55,342 nucleotides of DNA, filler included, from Squatina squatina (GCA_031763465.1; 3 parts of 3 records of this genome joined end to end with filler, not necessarily neighbours in it), one strand, 5' to 3'. Shown: positions 13,695 to 25,482, counted from the whole stretch's first letter. Notes: generated by a model from the sequence alone, not told the origin. Translations and numbers: made by a program.

Positions 13695-14626
13695 GCTGAT
13701 ACAATTTCTGACAAAGAAAATCCAACTAAAGGGAAGCGCCCAAAGAAGGAAGGCAGGCCAGACAGTAAACCCGCTCAAAAGTCTGTTAGATCTGATAGCA
13801 ACTTTAAGGTTGATAGATCATCAGAAAAGCCACCCTTAAAAGAGGATGACTCAAAGCCAAAACCTGGTTTTCTTCCTCGAGGTGAGCCTTCAAGACGTGG
13901 AAGGGGGGGAATGTTTAGAGGAGGTGGTAGGGGTTCTGGAGGCCGTGGTGGCTCAAGATCTGCACCATTGAGGAAGCCAGGACCTTCTAATTCAATATGG
14001 TCTCCTAGGTTAGACACTTCCAGAAGAGATGATGGGGAAACAAAAAAGGACCATTTTGAATCTCTTCCTTTTGATAGGAGACCTGTTAAATCTGAACGTA
14101 AATTTGACCATAGCAGAGAGCGACTTCGTAAGCAAAGACCCACACGACCACCAAGGCAAGATAAGCCACCAAGATTCAGACGTTTGAAAGAAAGAGAAGC
14201 TGCAGCTAAAGTAAATGAGACTACCACAACTGCAGTGACCCACGCAACCACTAGTAGTAGCGTGCAGGAACACACAAACTCCCTAGATGTGGCCGGGAGC
14301 AAATCACCAGACCTGTCCAATCAGAACTCTTCAGATCAGGCTAACGAAGAATGGGAGACTGCTTCTGAAAGCAGTGACTTCAATGAGAGACGTGAAAGAG
14401 ACGAAAAGAAATCAGTGGATGTCAACTTGCAGGTTGCAGCGAAGTCTGGAGAAAGCAGTCTCCTTCCAAAGAGGGATGCTGCAAAGAGAAGCTTTTCCAG
14501 CCAGCGTCCAGGTGCGGATCGACAGAATCGTAGAAGCAACAGTGGCGCAAACAAGTCTAACAGAAATTATTCTGGGAACAAGAATGAAAGACGCGGTGGA
14601 TTGTCATCAAAGCCTGGTAGAAGAGG
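13695..14626 (+). CDS. PRRC2C: PRRC2C large exon, 3' part (5' boundary uncertain)
   Basis: DTISDKENPTKGK...KPGFLPRGEPSRRGRGG...RPTRPPRQDKPPRFRRLKERE...SPDLSNQNSSDQANEEWETASESSDFNERRER...KRSFSSQRP. Donor GG|GTAGGT at 14626/14627. In-frame TAA upstream at 13680-13682. Confidence 0.88.
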
Positions 14627-14650
14627 GTAGGTGAAAAGGCACATCATTTT

Positions 14651-14750
14651 NNNNNNNNNNNNNNNNNNNNNNNNNNNNNNNNNNNNNNNNNNNNTTAATT
14701 AATTAANNNNNNNNNNNNNNNNNNNNNNNNNNNNNNNNNNNNNNNNNNNN
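14651..14750. other. Artificial scaffold-joining spacer
   Basis: 44 N + TTAATTAATTAA (14695-14706, stops in all six frames) + 44 N. Gene context changes across it. Confidence 0.95.
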
Positions 14751-15757
14751 CAGATAATAGGGAAGAACTCTCCACTCACAAGCAAAGGGGAAGAGGATGA
14801 TTGCCTGACACACCAGAACACAGATACAACACCAGATATCCTCAATCAGGCCTAATTGTTTGCAATTGAATTTAAGTGTAGATCATTCAGCTGCTCCGAA
14901 TGTTGTATTTTGAACAATTGGGACGGATACAATCATAGTTTTTAACTGCACATCAAGGAAAATAAATTATGAACAACACTTGATCTTTATGCAACTTTAT
15001 CCTCTGCATGTGTTGCCTTTTCTCTTGTGCTAACTAGTACCTGGTGCAGAGTAACTTTTCAGTCGTAATAGAAAACAGTACTACACGGAAGTATAATTAT
15101 GAAAATGGCCTTGGTTGACTTGCCCTCTGACTTTTCTTTCCTGTTGGGAAGTGGCTGGCCTCCAGTTACCTCCTGCCCAAGCTACCCCCAAAGGCAGGAT
15201 GGAAATCAGGACTCACTGTGTGGGGGAAATTGCGCATTTCACCTGTTTACTACAGAGGTTATTTCTGTTATTAGTGCCTTTCCTGGCTTGCAGATCTCCC
15301 GGCTCCCTGCCCCCAAAACAATCTGCAAGTAATCCAACATCGTGATGTTATTCAGTTTGTACCAGTCAGTCATATTGCGCCGGAACCGAGCTTTGAGTGT
15401 GAAAAGCTACACGGGGTGCAATGTTATACAACCATCATTACTTTCATGCCGATCAAGTGTTTTTTTTTCACAATTTAAGATATTTATTATTTTCTCCCTT
15501 TCCTCTTCCTTAATTTCCTAAGTGACAACTTCACTTTGTAACAGGCTGCCAGGTCGTGCATGGTCCAGAGGGGAATGGTGGCAACGTGGCTGGTCTTTGC
15601 TCATCGCCATCCCAGAATGGTACAGTTGATTTGGCAAAACGGCGCCAATCCATTCCANNNNNNNNNNNNNNNNNNNNNNNNNNNNNNNNNNNNNNNNNNN
15701 NNNNNNNNNNNNNNNNNNNNNNNNNNNNNNNNNNNNNNNNNNNNNNNNNNNNNNNNN

Positions 15758-16221
15758 ATTTGTGCTCATCCAGACCTCTGCTGCCTGTATCTTAACTCGC
15801 ACCAAATCTCATTCACCCATCTGCTTGCTGACCTACACTGGCTCCTGGTTTGACAAAAAGCCTCAGTTTTAAAATTCTCAGCCTTGGTTTCAAATCTCTC
15901 CAGCCCCATAAGCCTTCGGGATTTCTGTGTTCCTCCAATTCTGACATGTTGTGCATCCCCGATTTTAATCGCTCCACCATTAGCGGCCGTGCTTGCAGCT
16001 GCCTGGGCCCTAAGCTCTGGAATTCCAGCCCTACACCTCTCCACCTGTCCACCTCTCTCTGCTCATTAAAAACCTATCTCTTTGACCAAGCATTCAGTCA
16101 CCCGTCCTGATTTCTTCTTCTGTGGCTCGGTGTCAAATATATTTATTGATAACGTTCTTGTTAAGCGACTTGGGATGTTTAGCTACATTAAAGGCACTAT
16201 ATAAATGCAAGTTGTTGTTGA
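15758..16221 (+). mobile_element. L2-like LINE 3' portion
   Basis: THLLADLHWL..FKIL...RSTISGRACSCLGPKLWNSSPTPLHLSTSLCSLKTYLFDQAF followed by the tail TATATAAATGCAAGTTGTTGTTG. Confidence 0.85.
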
Positions 16222-16286
16222 TCTCTAAAGACAGTTTATTTTTTTAAAAAAAGTTTAACCTTACTAGATAATCAAGATTCAAGAGA

Positions 16287-16776
16287 GGGGTTTATTACCC
16301 TGCCCACAAGGCAGAAACTGGGCGGGTGATGAGGTAACTTAACCACTAAAGCAGGCGGGAGCCTCATAATCTTATGCAAATTGGGGGTCCTACGATATTT
16401 GTAGGATCTCGATGCAATTTGAACAGGGCCTGAGCAGGGAAAGCTCTCCGACTTTCCCTCTCGGCCGAAGCAGGGCTGCGGCTGGTCTGAAGGGAGAAGA
16501 AGCCATCTGGTAAGTCTGAAAATTGTCTTCTGCGGGGCCGGGAGCAACAGGAGGACTCCATTGGGCCCCACAAAGAAGGTCGCGGCCCTGGACTCTCGCA
16601 CTCCCACCCCTTTCCTATTGCCCGACCCTCCTGAAACCCTCGCTCCGCCATTTTTCTGGAAGTCAGCAGGCGGCCAAGGACCACCCATTTTTTTTTTTAA
16701 CTGGCTGGCGGCCACTCTATACCCTCCTCATGCCCATTCACACTGGTACTGCCCACTCTGGGTTAAAATCAACCCC
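16287..16776. mobile_element. Probable MITE with imperfect TIRs
   Basis: GC-rich block bounded by GGGGTTTATTACCC and GGGTTAAAATCAACCCC (imperfect inverted repeat). Confidence 0.5.
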
Positions 16777-17409
16777 AGGCCTGTTACGAACCTAGCAATT
16801 ATGTTACTTACCCATAAGTTATCTTTTCGACTTGTAACCCTGTGTTTACTTGCCAGGAACAAAATTGAAAATAAAGTATAAAAAAAAAAGGCCCATGGAA
16901 CAGAACTTTAAATTCAAATATACATTCATGAGACAGAATTAGAAGATTTACATTCTACCATTGCGTGTTGTCTAGGTGACTGCTTGACTATCTTAATTTT
17001 TGTGACTTTTATAGAAGACATTTGTTTTTAGCCCATATTTCTTGCAGGTTATCATCTGTCATACATCCTGCTCCTCCTCATCCATCTGGAAGTCTGCTGT
17101 ATGTGTTTCATTAGTGTGTTAGACAGGAACTGATGGAATTTACCCAAGTGAGACGAACTAGTGCCAGTGAAAGGCTGTCTTGGGACTTGAACTTCCAACC
17201 TATTAAATGGGAGTCAAAAGCTCAGCTTCTTAAAGCTGTAAAGCCCCTCCCTCTCCCTCCATCTCATCATAACATCAGTAACTTAAAAATCTTTGAATGA
17301 ATTTGAGCTAAACTTCTTTATCTGCCTGATACCACAAAGGTTGCATTTTTTTTTAAAGTATCCTGCTTCCAACCATTTGCATTTTACATCATCATTGGCA
17401 ACTGAAGGA

Positions 17410-17590
17410 AATAAAAACTTGCAGTTGTATAACAGCTTATAATGTTGGTAAAATGTGCATCATACAGTGAATTACTATTACTTTTGGTGTGCAGTGATGT
17501 TATAGAGCAGTTACTATAAGCCAGGAGCATCCCGCAACTAGTAGTGGGGCGAATGATCAATTAATCTGTTTTTATGATGTTGATTTTAGG
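17410..17590 (-). repeat. Decayed Deu-type SINE 3' part
   Basis: Loose similarity to 49866-50010 (AAAACTTGCAGTTGTATAAC...TACTTTTGGTGTGCAGTGATG). Confidence 0.4.
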
Positions 17591-17848
17591 GGTAACATAG
17601 AAACATAGAAAACAGGAGCAGGAGTNNNNNNNNNNNNNNNNNNNNNNNNNNNNNNNNNNNNNNNNNNNNNNNNNNNNNNNNNNNNNNNNNNNNNNNNNNN
17701 NNNNNNNNNNNNNNNNNNNNNNNNNAAAAAATGAAGGAAATGATAGAGCAGAGGTTATGCTCTGAAATTGTTGAACTCAATGTTAATAAAGTGAATAATG
17801 CTTTAAAGGAAGAATTTCATAATTAACACACACAAATTTTGCTTTCAG

Positions 17849-17919
17849 AGCTAATGTTTGTGGAAGACAATGCTGTTCTGGATGGACTGTGAGCCCCGGT
17901 ACAAACAGATGTATAAAAC
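17849..17919 (+). CDS. LTBP2: LTBP2 N-terminal exon
   Basis: ANVCGRQCCSGWTVSPGTNRCIK. TTTCAG| acceptor, C|GTAAGT donor. Confidence 0.85.
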
Positions 17920-18446
17920 GTAAGTACAATATTTAAGAAAAAAAAGAAAAATTGGAAATTACCTAATTTTTATCTCAGCCATTTTCATTTAACTAAATAA
18001 TACAAATCAAATGGATGTTGGATATTTAATTTTCTCATCAATTGACTTCAACCATAGCACTATGAATACTTGGCGCCACTATGTGTCATCTGTCTGTAAC
18101 CTGAAAGAAGAGGACTGGGGAAATATTTGCAGTCCCCACCGGCAATAGTGGGCACATTGATGTCAGTGATTTACCTGCTATAAGCAGTGGCTGCTTAATT
18201 GGTTGTCTCTCCTTATTTTTGATCTGTTAAGCCTCCTCATTTCACTGCTCTAACGGACTGAAACTAGCTAACACATTCTTGAGAAGCTGAAATCAAATAA
18301 TATACAGGTACTAAGGATTAAATGGCAGTTTATGAATTCACAGCCANNNNNNNNNNNNNNNNNNNNNNNNNNNNNNNNNNNNNNNNNNNNNNNNNNNNNN
18401 NNNNNNNNNNNNNNNNNNNNNNNNNNNNNNNNNNNNNNNNNNNNNN

Positions 18447-18512
18447 ACTTGAAGCCACAACCTTCTGATTCAAAGGTGAGAGTGCTACCCACTGAACCAT
18501 GGCTGACACCTG
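18447..18512 (-). repeat. tRNA-derived SINE 5' head
   Basis: Minus strand GTGTCAGCCATGGTTCAGTGGGTAGCACTCTCACCTTTGAATCAGAAGGTTGTGGCTTCAAGT has Pol III A-box and partial B-box-like motifs. Cut off by a gap. Confidence 0.65.
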
Positions 18513-18622
18513 TCATAAATACAAACTTCAGAAAGTGAATTGATCTAAGGGAGAAACAGGTGGATTTGAAGTTTAAAAAAAATGATTTCGAAAGCGTTCA
18601 GAAATCCCCTAATTATCATCTG

Positions 18623-18640
18623 ATTATCTCTAGTGTTTTG
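18623..18640. repeat. (AG)n microsatellite
   Basis: Direct AGAGAG run. Confidence 0.85.
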
Positions 18641-18802
18641 GCAAAAAGAAATGCAAATATTCTAATTACTAACAGCTGTCACAGAGAGAGAGAGAGAGAG
18701 TTTGTCCTTTTAACTTGAATTCCTTTTTACAAATTAAAAAAATGATTTGTATTTGGAAAGCTCCATTGCACTGACTTCTTCAAATTTGACATTTCTCAAC
18801 AG

Positions 18803-19082
18803 CCGTCTGTGATCCACCATGCCAAAACAGAGGCTCATGTTCACGACCTCAGCTCTGTGTCTGCCGGTCAGGATTCCAGGGTTCTAGGTGTGAAGAAATT
18901 GTTCCAGAACAACCGTACATTCCTCGTGCTTTGTCATCAAGATCCTTCTCTGCTTGGTCATCTGCCTTGTACCCAAACACTATCCAGGGGATTGAAAGTA
19001 GCGCGAAAAACAACACCAAAAGTACAAATGAAACTTCAACTAGACGTAAGGCTTCATCAGTGAGTCAAGGCCAGAGTTTTGT
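18803..19082 (+). CDS. LTBP2: LTBP2 exon with first EGF-like domain
   Basis: [41 protein letters not shown]..., open to GT|GTAAGT. The [19 protein letters not shown] string is LTBP2-type. Confidence 0.9.
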
Positions 19083-19356
19083 GTAAGTAACTGCTTGATT
19101 TATTCTCCTCTATTAGAGTTCTACATCATTGTTTTATTAAGATGCAGTGTGTCGGTGGTTAATATTGTGAACATGTCATTTTTACTGGAGATTTAGTGTT
19201 CTTTACTCAATTGAAAGTTGTCTGATAGAATATTTGTTTTCCAATATGATAAATCTGACAAGGAACATATTACAACAAGTGAGTGTGAAACTTGTAAGAA
19301 GTACGTGCTGTGCACAAAGCTTTTAATATCATGTATATTTACAAGGTTGAGATTGT

Positions 19357-19536
19357 GGGGCGGATTTTCAACTTGCCACCTGAGAGTAAAACTGGCATTG
19401 CCAGTCGGCTGCCCATTATAGAAATTGCCCGGGATTCATTTTGTTGGCGTTAAATGAAAATCGGGCGACTTCTATAATGGGCGGCTGATCCTCAACGTCG
19501 GCTTTACGCCTGGGTGGCAGCTTTTAAATGTCGCCC
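19357..19536. mobile_element. Palindromic MITE (about 180 bp) with 3-bp TGT target-site duplication
   Basis: The two halves are reverse complements (GCTGCCCATTATAGAA / TTCTATAATGGGCGGC; TGCCACC / GGTGGCA). TGT flanks both ends. Confidence 0.75.
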
Positions 19537-19919
19537 TGTGTGTTGAAGTTTGGAGCAGGAGCTGTTCTTTGAGCTGTTTTTTCTGACTCAGTATGTGGAT
19601 AGTCCNNNNNNNNNNNNNNNNNNNNNNNNNNNNNNNNNNNNNNNNNNNNNNNNNNNNNNNNNNNNNNNNNNNNNNNNNNNNNNNNNNNNNNNNNNNNNNN
19701 NNNNNATGGGGTGGTGCCGCCATTTCTCTCGCCGGCACCCGCCCCGCCCCTTCCAGAATTCAGTGCTCCAGGGCGCCTGCGGAATGCAGCGCATACTCGG
19801 ACGCACCTGGGGCGGCAAGGCTCAGACGCCGGTGGCGTAGCTTCAGTGCCACACCATCGGTGTCAGAAACGGTGCATCAGTGCATTGTGTGCTGACACCA
19901 GCAGGATAACTGGGCCTTC

Positions 19920-20460
19920 CTTAAAGAGGGATCTCACTTGAGATGCTGGTGACCTTGGTGGATAGGAGGAGGGGGCAGAGATTCCCGGCCTCGGGAAGAG
20001 GAGCTGCCCCCTCAAAACATCATGACAGCTGGCACGCCATTGGGACTGAGGTGTCAGCATCAAATGTGGAACTGCATACACCCACCCAGTGCTGCAAAAA
20101 GGACTTACCTCGTCTGGTGCGGGTGAATGCCACTTGCTCTGTTACAGTGAAGGACCTCATTGCAGCAGAGAAGAATAGTTGTATACTTAAGTGCACTCCT
20201 CATTCCTCTCGTTTTAAAACCTTTTACTAATCTCAGCTGCTGCTAACATATACATCTACACTGAAAGATGACCATGCAGAAGTTGCCATTTTATGACGCA
20301 AAGACAATGGCTTTTCATCTGCAGGCGAAGGGCTCAGCAAATAGGGCCTCACAGCATGGAACGGAGGAGGCCCATACTCATAGGTGTCCCTTACAGACCT
20401 GGAGGAGAGGGTGCTGCAGCTCATTGGCCCTGAAGTGACAGACCAGTTGCCCAGGGCCAT
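19920..20460 (+). mobile_element. Decayed PIF/Harbinger Myb/SANT-like (NAIF1-like) gene
   Basis: SLEMLVTLVDRRRGQRFP...SWHAIGTEVSASNVELHTPTQCCKK-DL, then after a probable intron (TCTGCAG| about 20323) AKGSAN...GGGP...LTDLEERVLQLIGPE. Contains stops and frameshifts. Confidence 0.65.
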
Positions 20461-21249
20461 GCGGAGCCAGACACTGGCAATGTTGATTAGTGTTGGAGAA
20501 GGGTAAAAAGGAAGAAAAGAAATTGCAATAGATTATCTTTCAACAGCTGATTAAACATTATTGTAATGTTGCTAAGAAAGTAGGAAAGGAAAAAATAAAT
20601 ATTAAAATGGGGAGAAAAAGAATCTTGCTATCTATCCCATTGTAACAACAAATCACTGAAAGAAGATTGAGAGAACAAAAACGCACATTCTATGAAAAAA
20701 GACAATCTTGGGCAAAGTACGATAAATTGCGCTTCAGCAGAGACTAAACATTGCGTGAACTTATTCCAGAGCTTTGAGGTGGAGATTAGCATAAAGTGCT
20801 CACTTTGGTATTTCTTTGATTCGAGTTTTGTTATAGTTACAGAATTAAGTCATTTTTTCCTGTTACGTTAATCGCTTTTGGAATTCACAACGTTTTCATA
20901 AAGTATCTATGCCAAACTGCTTGTCTTGCTGTAATAGTAAGAGAAGCATCGGCATACAAGTTTGTCATTTGGCAGACCAATATAGTCAGTATTATTTTTC
21001 AGTACTACATCGTCTTTTCATTTCCTTGTGTAAATTTATGATGAAATTCCAAACATTTCTTCTGGTTTGCCGGGTTGTTTTAAGCATTAGAATGGCAGAC
21101 AGCAAGAAGTTCATTGTGTCTGAAAGTCAGTAATGGAGAAATATTAATGTTTGTACTGAGGGATAGATTCTCATTGCTTAGTAACTTAACCTGCTTAATT
21201 GCATAAATGTTTCCGATCCCAACCGTATGCAGTTCAAGAGGTGTTTAAT

Positions 21250-21961
21250 GGCCTGGATTTTGCGGTCAGTATGAGTACGCCCCCATACCGCCTTTGGAAT
21301 GGACAGCAAGTTCGGGGCATGCGCTCAATCCTGAACTTGCGATCTGTTATGTTCCGAGTTGACAGAACATCCGCATCGACATGGAAATCCTAACTGCTGG
21401 CGCAGAGCTCAACTGCCCAGTAATTACACCTGAAAATTTAACGGCTGGTGCAAACAGGCGCAGCAGCCTATTTGCGCAGCGTAAGGGGATACGCGGCAAT
21501 TTAAAAAATCTTCATTTTGGTGAAAATCTTTTCCTTTAATGGTTATTAGCTGTCTGCAGACTTAGAGAAAAAAATCAGTTCAGCAATGAATATGAATTGT
21601 TTTATTGTGAGGGCTCCACAGCAATTTTGCTCTCTCCCTTTTTCCAAACTGGAACCAGCTGGCCAAGAACCATCTATAGCCAGAGGGTAGACAATTGACT
21701 TGCTCCCTGGCCTTTCTCCAAAGTCGCTCCATTTGAGTCACTGGAAGGTGTACAATCTGATTGGAACCCCGGCCCACATGATCCCAGGTATGCTTCTGCG
21801 TACGGTGCGCCCCTGAGGTCCGTGGGCCACCATGCTGCCCTCTATTCTACAGCATTTGGGAGGAACTTTTTGTTTGCGGCCTCGCAACAGGTAAGTGTGC
21901 ATTCGGTTCAGATGTCGGCAGCGTAATCCTTGATTATGCTGCTGACCGCAAAATCCGGGCT
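21250..21961. mobile_element. Complete non-autonomous DNA transposon (Harbinger-type MITE)
   Basis: TIRs GGCCTGGATTTTGCGGTCAG (21250-21269) and CTGACCGCAAAATCCGGGCT (21942-21961) match at 18 of 20 positions. Flanks AAT/ATT. No ORF of note. Confidence 0.8.
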
Positions 21962-22745
21962 ATTTTGGGTGCTGTCCTCTGGATCAAAAAGGCCCCACCA
22001 TTTCATCATCATGAACTTTACAAGCACATGAAGGGAGGTGTGAGCTAACTGAGTTTTTCAAATGTTCTCATCAGACACTTAACAAAAACAGGGGCCGCCC
22101 TCACTGTGTGATACCCAGATTTTTAATCAGTTACACCACTTAGCTGCTGGGAAAATGTTGAACTATCATTATATCAGATATTACTAGTTATTTCTTCATT
22201 CCTGGCAAAGAAATCTCCTACAACAAGATTGCAGCTTTCAAGTCAGCACACTATCTCCATTTTGTTCGAAAGGCATTTATTTTTCGATAAGAGGAAAATG
22301 TGGCCCTCGGTTCCTAGTTTTTGACATGGCCTCCAAGATTTGCTTGCTTTTTCAGTTTGTTTTCTCTNNNNNNNNNNNNNNNNNNNNNNNNNNNNNNNNN
22401 NNNNNNNNNNNNNNNNNNNNNNNNNNNNNNNNNNNNNNNNNNNNNNNNNNNNNNNNNNNNNNNNNNNTTTCATTAGCGCTGCCACACTGCGCTGACCCAG
22501 AAAAGAAGCAAAGACCCCAATTCTGGAGCAGAAGACATCGCTCTGGGGCCCGCGCAAAAGGACCGAGCCCAGAACCAATGCAGCAGCCAATCCCGGCGCT
22601 GTCCAATTGGGGCCCCAAAGATTTTATGGCGAATGAACAAGTTAAATTCTATTTTTATTCTACTAATGTGAGGTTTTCAGCAGTGCTTTAAACATTATAT
22701 TCTGTGACTCTGTCTGTGAAACCTGTAAAAGAGTACCATTTTTAT

Positions 22746-22788
22746 AATATATATATATATATTTTATATATATATATACACACACACA
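22746..22788. repeat. Compound (TA)n/(CA)n microsatellite
   Basis: Direct dinucleotide runs. Confidence 0.85.
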
Positions 22789-23855
22789 TTTCATTTTTAT
22801 CCAATTCCATTTTTAAAGCTAAGTATACTCAGCAATATGATGTGCAAGATGTAACAAGATAGGTATCTAGGTACGAGAAGTCCTTGACAGTGCAAGTGCA
22901 ACAGAACACGCCTCCACTCCTGACCCTCCCAGAGTATTTGGGTCAGAGCAGAGTCACCAAAATCAAATGCTGTCAGCAGGCGCCCGTACCAATTTTGGGT
23001 GCTCGTTAGAGATGGGAGGGTAGGAAAAGCAAGGCTGGCAAGCAAGCTCCACGGGCTAACCTAATTTTTTAAGCTGTGCCTAATCTGTCCCTTTTTATAA
23101 GGGATACAAAATAACCATGGTGCCAGCATTATTATGGGATCCAGCCCAGAACACAAACCTGGACCCCCAGGTGGGCCCCACCTCTGCTGCTGAGCAGACG
23201 TCCACACTAGGTTTAACTCGCTGTCTAGGTCACTGGGAAGTAGGGAGGCCAGAGCTGAGGAAATTCCCAGCATGTTCAGTGAATTTGTCTCGTGGTTTTT
23301 AGCCCAAGCCACAAATGGATAGAATGCGTATTTTACTCCCTCCTGAAGACGAGATCACCATGTGGCAGCATGTGATATATTCCAGGAGCCAGTGCTGAGA
23401 TTTTATTCCCTAATTTGTAGGTAGCACAAGGCCAGTGATGCTGAATCCAAGGAAATAATTAGTATAACAAACCTACATATGTAATACAGGGTTACAAAAT
23501 TCTGCAGTACAGAGAATGTTAATACCTCAGGTTGAGATGCTTTAAAGTATATTGGTAAACATTTCGTTATTTTGCACTGTTAAGAAATAAAGTGACAAAA
23601 TGTTAACCTTCGTTAAATAACAAGCAGAAGAGTACAAGTAACCTAATAAGGAACCAAATAAAAATCAAAAGAAAGGCAATTATTAGCTGTTACCTTTCAG
23701 AAGAGTTTCTTAATCACAAATGAAACATCCTGCTCTTGTCCCTTAAGTAGCATCAACAAGCTGTCAAAAGCAGGAAATAGTTTGTCCAGCTGATCTATAA
23801 ATCAACTAAATTAGCAAGCGTCCCCATTAATGACTTCCTTATAATTGTGTTGCAG

Positions 23856-24047
23856 ATTTTTGCCAGATCCCCTGCCTGAATGGAGGATACTGCATTGGAA
23901 GAGACAAGTGTTGGTGTCCATCGAACTCAACGGGGAAGTTCTGCCACCTTCCGGTGCCTCCTGAGAAACAGACTGTGACAAAGCTAGCACCTGTCAATTC
24001 TTCTATTTCACAGTCTGTGTACACTCTCCCTCTTTCTAACCAGCAAG
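23856..24047 (+). CDS. LTBP2: LTBP2 exon with second EGF-like domain
   Basis: [34 protein letters not shown]...[16 protein letters not shown]| acceptor, G|GTAATA donor. Confidence 0.92.
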
Positions 24048-24279
24048 GTAATATGGTAAATTCTTACACTGAATTGTCATTGTTGCAAAGGTACATGTCT
24101 ATATTACCCGAAGGTCAATTGTTGCCTTTGTAAACAAANNNNNNNNNNNNNNNNNNNNNNNNNNNNNNNNNNNNNNNNNNNNNNNNNNNNNNNNNNNNNN
24201 NNNNNNNNNNNNNNNNNNNNNNNNNNNNNNNNNNNNNNCTGCCATGGGATGATAGATTAGTGGAAGCACTTCCACTTTT

Positions 24280-24937
24280 AAACAAAACCATAAAATTAAA
24301 AGACAGTAATTAACAAATAAACTTTAAACCAAAACTTAACAAAAAACCCAGTGCTTAAATTAAAACCTGATTATCCCCAGTGAGGATGCACTCCAGTCCC
24401 CCCGGTGCCCACCGGTTGCGGAAGGCCTCAAGCATACTGGCGGACACCGCATGCTCCATCTCTAGGGATACCCGGGCATGAACGTAGCTGCAGAAGAGAG
24501 GCAGGCAGTCGGGGCAAACAATCCCCTCGTTTGCCCGCTGCCTGGATCTATTGATGACCAGCTTGGCCAGGCCCAGGAGCAGGCTCACGAGGAGGGCCTC
24601 TGACCGGCCTGCTCCCCCTCCGCACCGGGTACCCAAAGATCAGGAGTGTGGGACTGAAGTGCAACCAGAACTTGAGGAGCAGCCCCTTCAAGTAATGAAA
24701 AAGGGGCTGCAACCTCGCACATTCAACATAGATGTGGAACATGGACTCCTCTAGGCCACAGAAATGGCAGGCGGCCTGGGAGCCCGTGAACCTACTTAAA
24801 AACCGATTGCACGGGTCTACTCCGTGCAACACCCTCCTGGCCAAGTCCCCGATGGAGCATGGGAGGACTCCTGCATAAAGAGACCTCCACTGGGGACCCT
24901 CGCCTTCTCTGGACGGCAAGCTGGTATACCACGGGAT
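24280..24937 (-). mobile_element. Tx1-clade LINE ORF2 C-terminus (zf-RVT)
   Basis: WRSLYAGVLP..IGDLARRVLHG...ACHFCGLEESMFHIYVECARLQPLF, then frameshifted LLLGLAKLVINRSR...FRNRW. CxxC..H..C zinc finger. Confidence 0.85.
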
Positions 24938-25359
24938 NNNNNNNNNNNNNNNNNNNNNNNNNNNNNNNNNNNNNNNNNNNNNNNNNNNNNNNNNNNNNNN
25001 NNNNNNNNNNNNNNNNNNNNNNNNNNNNNNNNNNNNNTTTAGTGAGCTCATTTTTGGGGGCCAGAGTTTCTTTGTATATTATTTCTTGAAAAGGTTTCTG
25101 TTTTCTGCCTGCAGAACGAGGTTCAGATGGGCTTTGCCTGCTGACAGGAATGTTTCTCTTTTATTCAGAGGAACATGAGATTACTCAGAACGAAAAGTCC
25201 TGATATATCAGTTAATTCAATGTCTGTGGGTATGCTTTTTATAGAGATTTCCCTTGATCCTCATATCCTTTTGTTTTAAAGCTGTGGCTTAAGATGTTAC
25301 CTTGACATGATGTATTCTTTTGTACCCAATAATAAAATGGTTTCTCTTCTTAATCCCAG

Positions 25360-25482
25360 ATATCAATGAATGCCTGATGTCAGGAATGTGTCAAAATGCT
25401 AACTGCTTGAACACCAGAGGTAGCTACAGATGTACCTGTAAGCCTGGGTATATGCTGGATATTTCCAGGAGCCATTGCATCT
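25360..25482 (+). CDS. LTBP2: LTBP2 calcium-binding EGF exon
   Basis: [41 protein letters not shown]. 123 nt, phase 1-1, CCCAG| and T|GTAAGT. Confidence 0.92.

Noticed and set aside
13775-14554. Antisense ORFs opposite PRRC2C
   Set aside because: Shadow frames of a purine-rich coding exon, with no independent evidence.
14695-14706. TTAATTAATTAA as a homeodomain site or piggyBac target
   Set aside because: It is centred in N runs and repeated identically at 33900, so it is a linker.
14627-17849. PRRC2C-LTBP2 fusion or novel synteny
   Set aside because: An artificial spacer lies between them.
18447-18512. tRNA gene
   Set aside because: Only A/B-box-like motifs of a SINE head; no complete cloverleaf visible.
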